From: a virus
Taxonomy: Duplodnaviria > Caudoviricetes
Strand: one strand, 5' to 3'
Virus record (IMG/VR): IMGVR_UViG_3300044513_003620
Location: 1 to 37,819 of that record
Length of the DNA: 37,819 bases
In this document: positions 17,483-24,818 of the stretch, one piece after another
Layout: every line of letters begins with the position of its first letter
Position numbering within the stretch: position 1 is the stretch's first letter
The notes under the pieces: model-generated
The model's input: the letters and a program-made list of their open reading frames with translations, nothing else
Told to the model about the DNA's origin: nothing
Database searches by the model: none
Position numbers and translations under genes: made by a program

Positions 17483-19452
17483 TGGATAATGCATTAAATA
17501 ACTCTTCTCTGGGCGACGGCATGGTTTTAATTGTGGAGAACGTTGGAGAAGACTTGAAAATCAAGGAAAAGTCTAGTAACGGAATTATTTTAGAGGGCGT
17601 ATGCGCCGTCTTTGGAGAGAAGAACAACAATAATCGTGTTTACGAGAAGAATGAGTATCTTCCTCATCTTTCCTACTTAAACGAAAAAATCTCAAAGAAG
17701 CAGTTGGTTGGAGACTTAGATCATCCGCCACACTTTGATGTTACTCTTAAAAGTGCATCTCACATCATCGAAGGATTGGAGTATGACGGAGATAACAGAA
17801 TCAACATCAAGCTTAGAATTTTGGAGAACACTCCAAACGGTAAGATTGCAAAAGCTCTTTTAGAGGGCGGTGTAAATCTTTCAATTTCATCTAGAGCCGC
17901 AGGTCAAGTATTAAACGAAGGTAAGGTAAAGCTTCATAAGATCTTTACTTACGATCTTGTTGGAGAACCAGGTTTTACTGAAGCAATTCTTAAGGAAGCT
18001 ATCAGCGAATCTCTGCAAAACAACTTTAGTATGTTAACTGAGAGCTACGATCATCTTAAACAAGAGTCGTTTATCAAGAAAAACAATCTTGAAGATATTT
18101 CAGAGAGTTTAAGATTTGGTGAAAATGTATCAATTTATAAAATAAATAACTCTATAGAATCCGTTTTTGAAGATTCTATGCAAAAACAAAAAAATACAAA
18201 TACAATGACCGAGAATTTTGTAACAGCGGATTCAATGAACAGATATTCGAATCTCGTTAAAGAACAAATTAACAGCATCAAATCTGAGATGAAAACTCAG
18301 AAGAAGATGTTTGAAAACTCTCAGGTTCAAGGATCTGAGGTTGATCTTTCTAAGTTGGTTGGATTTGTCAATTATCTAGCTGAGAATCTTGAGGGAGTTG
18401 TTAACTACGCGGATTACTTATCTGAAATGGTTAACAAATCAGTTAATTATACCGAGCATGTTGCTGAAACTACTAACAACGCTATCGAGTACGCAAACTA
18501 CGTTGGTGAAAAATTAGAAACAAGCATCAAGCATCAGGATTACATCGCTGAAAAATTAAACGAGTCTATTAATTACTCTGAGTATATCAAAGAAGGACTT
18601 AATAACTCTATTAACTATCAAAACTATCTAGCTGAAGAGCTGGATAAAGGAATTCAGTATACTGAATATGTTGCTGAAGGAGCTAACAAAGGATTAGAAT
18701 TCTCTGAATACTTAGCTGAGAATATCAACGCTAACAGAGATTATGCTTCATACATCGCTGAAAGAGCTGCACAAGGAATCGGTTACACTGAGTATCTAGC
18801 AGAGCAGCTTAACGAAGGACTAGATGTTTCTAAGAGAAACGTTCTAGGTGGAGTTAAGAAGTTGAATGAATCTGCTTCAGTTGATGCTTTAATCGGAAAG
18901 GTTGATGAAGTTATCGCTAATGTTACTTCTACTTCTTCTAAAAATGTTTTAGAAAGCAAGTATCCTTTCTTAAAGGTTATGAACGAATCTAACAAGGATA
19001 AGTTCTACAAACTTGATTCTAAAACTAAGCAATCAATCGTTGAAACTCTTGGAGCCGCAGTTTGGTTCAATGAGTCTGACGTATTAGCGATCATGGAATC
19101 AGTAGTTAACGAAAGAACTAAGAACGTTCCTAATCACTTGAAGTTTATGCCAGATGAGTATAAAGCTACCTGGGAAAAGATGAACGAGGGTGAAAAGAAC
19201 ATGATTCACGCTAAATCTCAGTTATACACTCTAAATACTCCATACCAGGTGAAAGCATTCTGGGATGAGCAAGATCTTAGAGGAATTAGCGAAAGAGTTG
19301 AAATCGAAAGAAACAATAATAAATTACAGAAGCTTAACGAAAGCCAAGGTACAGAAGGTATGATATCCGTAGATCGGATAGTTGAGCATCAGAGAGGTTA
19401 TACCTCTAATTACCTAGATACTTTAATGCGTGGAGCAGAGTATCGCAAATAA
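17482..19452 (+). CDS. gp21: Prohead protease (T4 gp21-like) fused to a scaffold/core domain
   Basis: NNNNRVY, GDLDHP, SHII, TPNGKIAKAL, ISSRAAG and TYDLVGEPGF are gp21/U9 protease motifs, followed by a long helical repeat. Directly precedes the capsid gene. Start is TTG 17482 or ATG 17521. Confidence 0.9.
   Translation: MDNALNNSSLGDGMVLIVENVGEDLKIKEKSSNGIILEGVCAVFGEKNNNNRVYEKNEYLPHLSYLNEKISKKQLVGDLDHPPHFDVTLKSASHIIEGLEYDGDNRINIKLRILENTPNGKIAKALLEGGVNLSISSRAAGQVLNEGKVKLHKIFTYDLVGEPGFTEAILKEAISESLQNNFSMLTESYDHLKQESFIKKNNLEDISESLRFGENVSIYKINNSIESVFEDSMQKQKNTNTMTENFVTADSMNRYSNLVKEQINSIKSEMKTQKKMFENSQVQGSEVDLSKLVGFVNYLAENLEGVVNYADYLSEMVNKSVNYTEHVAETTNNAIEYANYVGEKLETSIKHQDYIAEKLNESINYSEYIKEGLNNSINYQNYLAEELDKGIQYTEYVAEGANKGLEFSEYLAENINANRDYASYIAERAAQGIGYTEYLAEQLNEGLDVSKRNVLGGVKKLNESASVDALIGKVDEVIANVTSTSSKNVLESKYPFLKVMNESNKDKFYKLDSKTKQSIVETLGAAVWFNESDVLAIMESVVNERTKNVPNHLKFMPDEYKATWEKMNEGEKNMIHAKSQLYTLNTPYQVKAFWDEQDLRGISERVEIERNNNKLQKLNESQGTEGMISVDRIVEHQRGYTSNYLDTLMRGAEYRK
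18373..18819 (+). repeat. About 10.5 tandem 14-aa (42-nt) degenerate repeats in the scaffold domain
   Basis: YLAENLEGVVNYAD / YLSEMVNKSVNYTE / HVAETTNNAIEYAN / YVGEKLETSIKHQD / YIAEKLNESINYSE / YIKEGLNNSINYQN / YLAEELDKGIQYTE / YVAEGANKGLEFSE / YLAENINANRDYAS / YIAERAAQGIGYTE / YLAEQLNEG. Confidence 0.9.
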
Positions 19453-19471
19453 AAAAAAATCATTTTTCAAA

Positions 19472-21109
19472 ATGGCACGTACTAAAATTTTCAGACGTTC
19501 AGGCGATAATCGCTTGACAAACACCTGGAAGCCTATCTTAGAAGGTTACGGAGCAGACATGGAAAAGACACCTTGGTTGGCTGAATATGCACACAATCAC
19601 GCTATTTTCGATAATAGCACGCCTCTATTCGAAGCTGCACCTGGTCAGTTCCTACAAACTCCTGGCGCTCTTCCTGGAATGGGCAATCCTGCCGCACCGG
19701 ATGCGTCTATGACTCCATTCAGTGCTGGTGTAAAAGGTTCTTACTCGGATTCAGGATCAGGGGATAAATTCCCTTCATTGCTTCCTGTTGCGATCCAAGT
19801 TGCAGCTAAGACTATCGGTTTCGACCTAGTTCCTGTTGTACCTATGGATTCTCCTGTAGGATTCCTTCCTTACTTAGATTACCTATACACTGGTGGTCGT
19901 ACAGACAAAGAATTCGAACCATACTTGGTTAAGATCGAAGGCTGTACTGAGACTGACTTAGCTGGAGGTACTCTAGTACCTGGTAACGCAATTACGCACT
20001 CAGCTGCTAATGCTACTTACCACTTCGTAGGTTTCTCTCGTGTAGACGGTAACCTAATCTTAAAAGTAGTTACTGACGACGCTACTACTTCAGTTGCGAA
20101 TGACTTGACTGGTAATATCACCGCCATCGGTGCTGGTTCTCTTTCAGGCGCTCACGCTGTTGTTGCGGCAAACGTTCAGTTAGTTTCTGCTTTAGAAAAC
20201 CACATCTCTGGTTTCTCTGGAACTTCTGATGACGATTATGCTACTACAGCATTCAATGGTCCTTACCTTCCAGATACTGGTGATGTACCTGGTTCAATGC
20301 GTAGAGAATCTGGTGAGTTATCTAAGTTCCGTCAAATGGGTCTTAGAATGTTCACTAAATTCATCGAAGCTGAGACTGATCAAGTTGCTATCTCTGCGAC
20401 TGTTGAGCAGATCCAAGATCTTAACAGAGTTTGGAACTACGACGTAATCTCTATGTTAGAGAACGTTGCAGTTAACGATCTTGCTCAAACAATCAACAAG
20501 AGATTAGTAGACAGAATCTTCCAATTAGCTGACACTCACACTGATGAGGTTGCTCTAGTTGAAGGTACTGGTATTACCACACTTGATCTTACTGCAGGTA
20601 CTGGTGGATTCGAAAACACTTCTACATTGCAAAGAAGATTAGTAACTAAGATTCTTGAATTATCTAACTTGATCTACCACAGAGGTAGATTCGGAGCTGG
20701 TACATTCTTGGTAACTAACGGTAGAGTAGCATCTGCTCTAGCTGACGTTGCTGGTTACTCAATCGCTCAAGTTCCAACCGATATGGCTGGAGTTGCAGGT
20801 AACCTTTACCCTGCTGGTAAAGTTTACGGTGTACAAGTTTACGTTGATCCTAACCTATCTTTCGGTGATACTCGTATCACTATAGGTAGAAAAGGTGCTG
20901 ATGAAGAGCCTGGAGTTAAATTCATGCCTTACATCATGGCTGAGTCTCTACAGACTATTGCTGAAGGTACCTTCTCTCCGAAGATCGGAATGAAGTCACG
21001 TTACGCTATCACTGAGGCTGGATGGCACCCTGAAACTCAATACGTAAGTATGGAAGTTTCTGGAGACCTAGGAGTTCTTACTGGTGGTGTTGCACCTTCA
21101 AACTCTTAA
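19472..21109 (+). CDS. gp23: Major capsid protein (T4 gp23 family), 545 aa
   Basis: W.PILE near the N-terminus, DLVPVVPMDSPVG, EQIQDL, FMPYIM and TFSPKIGMKSRYA. Probable start is ATG 19472 (MARTK), after the scaffold stop. Strongly biased codons and a downstream terminator. Confidence 0.95.
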   Translation: MARTKIFRRSGDNRLTNTWKPILEGYGADMEKTPWLAEYAHNHAIFDNSTPLFEAAPGQFLQTPGALPGMGNPAAPDASMTPFSAGVKGSYSDSGSGDKFPSLLPVAIQVAAKTIGFDLVPVVPMDSPVGFLPYLDYLYTGGRTDKEFEPYLVKIEGCTETDLAGGTLVPGNAITHSAANATYHFVGFSRVDGNLILKVVTDDATTSVANDLTGNITAIGAGSLSGAHAVVAANVQLVSALENHISGFSGTSDDDYATTAFNGPYLPDTGDVPGSMRRESGELSKFRQMGLRMFTKFIEAETDQVAISATVEQIQDLNRVWNYDVISMLENVAVNDLAQTINKRLVDRIFQLADTHTDEVALVEGTGITTLDLTAGTGGFENTSTLQRRLVTKILELSNLIYHRGRFGAGTFLVTNGRVASALADVAGYSIAQVPTDMAGVAGNLYPAGKVYGVQVYVDPNLSFGDTRITIGRKGADEEPGVKFMPYIMAESLQTIAEGTFSPKIGMKSRYAITEAGWHPETQYVSMEVSGDLGVLTGGVAPSNS

Positions 21110-21141
21110 TATTTAGTAGATAATAATCTCTAGATAAACAG

Positions 21142-21172
21142 AAAGGAGATCCGAAAGGATCTCCTTTTTTTT
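21142..21172 (+). terminator. Rho-independent terminator after the capsid gene (possibly bidirectional)
   Basis: AAAGGAGATCC-GAAA-GGATCTCCTTT followed by further T's, between convergent genes. Confidence 0.95.
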
Positions 21173-21192
21173 GCTTCTGCTTTAAGTATCAA

Positions 21193-21573
21193 TTATTTCA
21201 TCAATTGATATAGGCGACTCCCTTTCATTCTTTGGACTTGATCCATCTTGGTCAATTCGCTCATATAAGTTCGAATTGAGTTAATAGCATAGGGCTTTCC
21301 ATCTGGCTTCTTAACGTTCTTTTGGATCGACTTTACAGATGCTCCATTATTAGAGGATCCGATATAATCCATGATTCGAGTCTTAGTCTGCATAGCTTGA
21401 TCTAGAGGTGTTCTTCCCATCTTGCCTCGGGACACTCTAGTCAACTTTTTAGACTTAGGTGATAGAATACTCTCAATTGCAAGTTTAGCATCTGAGATCT
21501 TCTCCAGTTCATTCTTCAATGATGCCTCAGCTTCATTGAGGTTCCGGTAAACGGTAGTTAAATAATCATTCAT
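21193..21573 (-). CDS. Putative DNA-binding protein (N-terminal coiled coil, C-terminal winged-HTH-like)
   Basis: RIMDYI....GASVKSIQKNV......AINSIRTYMSEL.....V.R......YQL fits a wHTH layout. Confidence 0.5.
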   Translation of the reverse strand: MNDYLTTVYRNLNEAEASLKNELEKISDAKLAIESILSPKSKKLTRVSRGKMGRTPLDQAMQTKTRIMDYIGSSNNGASVKSIQKNVKKPDGKPYAINSIRTYMSELTKMDQVQRMKGSRLYQLMK

Positions 21574-21631
21574 GATTCCTTGTATTAATTTATATTCTTA
21601 CGTAAATAATATACTTAATAACTTCAAGAAT

Positions 21632-22201
21632 TTAAAGTTTACCTTTTATAAAATTTTCTACATGATTGAGAATATAAGCCTGTGTTTCTTCTAGATGTTT
21701 GTTAACTGCTACAATGTCATAATGCTCAGACTTCTTGATTTCCGATTCTGCCTTGTGAATTCTTTTCAAGATAGATTCTTTAGTTTCAGTTCCCCTAGAT
21801 ATTAATCTATCTTCAAGCACTTTAATAGAAGGAGGAGATAGAAATATAGTTAGGGCCTCTGCTCCGAACTCTTTTTTTAGATTAATTCCACCATCGGCGT
21901 CCATGTCAAATATAACACTTTTACCCTGGGACCATATTCTATCTATTTCAGATTTAAGGGTCCCGTAGAATTGACCAGGATACACCTCTTCCCACTCTAG
22001 GAGGAGATTGGATTCTATATACTCTTTAAACCTTTCAACCGTGACGAAGCTATAGTGATCTCCATCAATTTCTCCTGATCTAGGGGATCTAGTTGTTATT
22101 GAAACAGAAAGAGCGAGACTTGGGATCTCGCTCTTTAGATAGTTAACTATTGTAGTTTTACCAGCGCCTGAAGGTGCAGCAATTATTATACATTTTCCGA
22201 T
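21632..22201 (-). CDS. gmk: Guanylate kinase, about 189 aa, no canonical start codon
   Basis: The frame of ORF 21632..21985 extends upstream without a stop through GKCIIIAAPSGAGKTT, SITTRSPRSGEIDGDHY and EWEEVYPGQFYGT. The start is placed tentatively at ATC 22201. Confidence 0.9.
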   Translation of the reverse strand: MGKCIIIAAPSGAGKTTIVNYLKSEIPSLALSVSITTRSPRSGEIDGDHYSFVTVERFKEYIESNLLLEWEEVYPGQFYGTLKSEIDRIWSQGKSVIFDMDADGGINLKKEFGAEALTIFLSPPSIKVLEDRLISRGTETKESILKRIHKAESEIKKSEHYDIVAVNKHLEETQAYILNHVENFIKGKL

Positions 22202-22221
22202 ATTAGATTTATTTGAGCTGA

Positions 22222-22229
22222 TATTTATA
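22222..22229 (-). promoter_or_regulatory. Possible late promoter TATAAATA upstream of gmk
   Basis: Exact octamer on the minus strand in the gp52-gmk gap. Confidence 0.45.
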
Positions 22230-22239
22230 GATGAACAAT

Positions 22240-22268
22240 ATTATACAATCCAGGCCAAACTGGGTTTT
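22240..22268 (-). promoter_or_regulatory. Putative early/middle promoter AAAACC-N16-GTATAAT
   Basis: Both boxes and the spacing are identical to 36558-36586. Confidence 0.7.
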
Positions 22269-22270
22269 AT

Positions 22271-23614
22271 TTACCTTAAAACCTTCTTAAGATCATTCAG
22301 ATCTTTTCTGTACATTTCCTTTGGATCTGACTTTTTAACTTGATCTAATTCCTTCTTTTTTTCAGCCTCCTGTGATAGTAACTCCTCGTATTTTTCTCTA
22401 GTTAAGGTATGTATTGGCATCGAAAGAAGGTAGCTATATGAGCCGTTGATCTGATCAAATTTATTTTTATCAAGATAGGAAACGATCTGACTTTTTGGAA
22501 CGTTGTTGATCTTAAGTTTTCCGTCGATTATGGCCTTGATGAATCTAGCCTTATTTGAAAGAACGCTTAATTCATCAGATATCTTATTAATTAGATAATC
22601 TTTTCTCTTTTGATAGTATTTAAGTCTGAAGCTTACGAAGTATTTAATGATTTCAGTTGCGTTATTGAATATCTTAAGCTTACCAAACTCATCAAGAACC
22701 GTGAAATTCTCAGATTGTCTCTCTTCCATCTTCAAGAATCTATCTAATCGGCCAGTTTTTTGAAGACCAGATAAATCCGAGCGGCTAATTTTTATGGTGT
22801 AATTGATGTCAGATTTACAGTTATTATCATAACTTGAGATTCTTTTCTCGTCTTCCAATCTGTTTAGATGATTGTCGTACTTTTCATAAGTAATAGATGG
22901 AGGAATCTCAGTTATATTAATTGTTGTAGTATTTTTAACATCGTAAATTCCTCTAAAGATCCATGAATTGTCTGAGTCCTCTATTTTGTTGCAAGTTCCC
23001 TTAAATCCATTTATCCAAGGAGCTGGATCGTCGTACTTTCTTCCTGATAATTCCTTTAGACAACATTCAATTAGATCAATTGGTTTTCTATTCAATATGT
23101 TAGTAGCAAACCCTACGGCAATTCCTGATGAACCATTGAGCAGGACTGTTGGGATTATTGGCAGAAAGTATTCGGGTTCAATCAGTGATCCCTCTTCCAT
23201 CCTAGGACTGAGTAATTCAAAGTCCTTATATAGTAATCTAAAGTTAGGATGTAGCCTAGTTGATACATATCTAGGAGCACCGGCATCAGGTGATCTAAGA
23301 GATCCAAACTGGCCGATGCCTTCCAATAGGGGCATTGAATTCTTAAAATCTTGGGCCATGCCAATTATGGCACTATTTAAAGACCCATCTCCATGATGAT
23401 AGTGAGCATCTGCTGCTATCTTTCCGGTTAGCTGAAATACTTTATATGGCTTTTCACTTCCGTTCTTCCAGACCTTATCTGCTATGAATACTACCTTTCT
23501 TTGAGTTGGCTTAAGACCATCAATAACAGATGGTATTGCTCTGTTTTCAACGACGTATTTAGCATATTCCTTATAGTCGTTATCTAAATATTCAGTAATT
23601 GTTGTTTTACTCAT
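22271..23614 (-). CDS. gp52: Type IIA DNA topoisomerase, cleavage subunit (T4 gp52-like)
   Basis: RAIPSVIDGLKPTQRK, YHHGD, GQFGS, catalytic APRY and GIAVGFAT. Confidence 0.95.
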   Translation of the reverse strand: MSKTTITEYLDNDYKEYAKYVVENRAIPSVIDGLKPTQRKVVFIADKVWKNGSEKPYKVFQLTGKIAADAHYHHGDGSLNSAIIGMAQDFKNSMPLLEGIGQFGSLRSPDAGAPRYVSTRLHPNFRLLYKDFELLSPRMEEGSLIEPEYFLPIIPTVLLNGSSGIAVGFATNILNRKPIDLIECCLKELSGRKYDDPAPWINGFKGTCNKIEDSDNSWIFRGIYDVKNTTTINITEIPPSITYEKYDNHLNRLEDEKRISSYDNNCKSDINYTIKISRSDLSGLQKTGRLDRFLKMEERQSENFTVLDEFGKLKIFNNATEIIKYFVSFRLKYYQKRKDYLINKISDELSVLSNKARFIKAIIDGKLKINNVPKSQIVSYLDKNKFDQINGSYSYLLSMPIHTLTREKYEELLSQEAEKKKELDQVKKSDPKEMYRKDLNDLKKVLR

Positions 23615-24192
23615 TCCTTAAATACTTTTATTTTCGTATCGACCTCAGTAAGTTCACTCCAAGTTCCAAGATACGTTACTGCTCTTACTTTCCTATTATC
23701 AATCCAACAATATTCCTCTCCTTCTTTAATTCTTGGCTTATCCATAACTAGGCCATGAAATTTAAATCCGTTTTCGTATAACCAACTTAAGGTCACAAGA
23801 CGATCCTTGCTTTCCCTGGCTGTAAAGAAGGTAACAGTATGACCTTCATCATACCATTTGTTTATTATATCACGAGAGCCTATAATAGGTTTTGCAGAAG
23901 GATAAAGATGACTCTCTTCGTTTTTGATATCGTCGCAAATAGTTCCGTCAATATCAATCAAGAAGACCATCTTAGATTTATCCTGATTTGGATTCATAAA
24001 ATTAGGATCTTCCTCCAGTATGTCTTCAATCATATCATTCATGACTAGGTCTAGAGCATGGTCTGGGTCCCAGATCTGTTGTATGATTTCCTCTATTTTT
24101 TTACTTATTGTATCGTTCTCCCTTCCCTCAAGCTTCAACTCTGAATCGACCCATTCTTGCAGTTTTCTAAGAATCTTGATTTGTTCAACCAT
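23611..24192 (-). CDS. HAD-superfamily phosphatase with ~70-aa helical N-terminal extension
   Basis: IDIDGTIC, FFTAR, MDKPR and WIDN motifs. Confidence 0.75.
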   Translation of the reverse strand: MVEQIKILRKLQEWVDSELKLEGRENDTISKKIEEIIQQIWDPDHALDLVMNDMIEDILEEDPNFMNPNQDKSKMVFLIDIDGTICDDIKNEESHLYPSAKPIIGSRDIINKWYDEGHTVTFFTARESKDRLVTLSWLYENGFKFHGLVMDKPRIKEGEEYCWIDNRKVRAVTYLGTWSELTEVDTKIKVFKE

Positions 24193-24556
24193 AGTTTACT
24201 ACCTTTACTTGAAGATTTTTCTTTTTAGCTTGATTTATCATGTGCTGAGTTCCCTTGCTCGATCCATCCCAAAAGGCAATCAGACAATCTGAATAGTTCG
24301 CCATTTCGCTATTCCTTTTGAAACCAGCTGCTCTTCCGTATTTCTCCCAATCTGCTGGAAATTTAGAGCACCTGTAACCCATGTCAATCGCATATTGTTC
24401 TCCTAGAGAATCGGCTCCCTTAGCACATCCGCTAACTATCTCAACTTCTTTAGACTGAGACAGCATGTGATTACATATCTTTTTTAAAAGATCGTAGTCC
24501 TTAAAATCTCTTCCTCCTGCGATAATTACTTTCATATTATTTAAAGAATAGTTCAA
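24185..24556 (-). CDS. SLOG-family protein (DUF2493/YspA-like)
   Basis: IIAGGRDF, VSGCAKGAD, ADWEKYGRAAG.KRN and AFWDGSSKGT. Probable start is the second Met (MKVII). Confidence 0.85.
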   Translation of the reverse strand: MNYSLNNMKVIIAGGRDFKDYDLLKKICNHMLSQSKEVEIVSGCAKGADSLGEQYAIDMGYRCSKFPADWEKYGRAAGFKRNSEMANYSDCLIAFWDGSSKGTQHMINQAKKKNLQVKVVNYG

Positions 24557-24818
24557 CGGCTTCGTAATTTTCTTGGGAAAGTTGATAGTAATTCATGAAC
24601 CCGTTCAATGTATCCTTAAGTTCTTCTGCCGACAACATTTTACTAGTCCAGTAACCTCCGCCTTCATTTACGTGCAATTCACTCCAACTATAGTGTTCCA
24701 TTCGGTCTATGAAACCTACGCTTTGAATTATTACCTGCTCAGATCCTGTGTCAAATATGAGACTGAGCTTGTTCTTAGTAGATACACTTTCAAATGTCAT
24801 TTTATCTAGTCTTTCCAT
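24537..24818 (-). CDS. Hypothetical protein
   Basis: 93-aa ORF overlapping both neighbours in an operon arrangement. Confidence 0.65.
   Translation of the reverse strand: MERLDKMTFESVSTKNKLSLIFDTGSEQVIIQSVGFIDRMEHYSWSELHVNEGGGYWTSKMLSAEELKDTLNGFMNYYQLSQENYEAVELFFK

Noticed and set aside
19430-19471. GTG start at 19430 and an A9 run suggesting a scaffold-capsid frameshift fusion
   Set aside because: The A-run begins within the scaffold stop codon and looks like an ordinary A-rich leader for ATG 19472; there is no slippery site or stimulatory structure before the stop.
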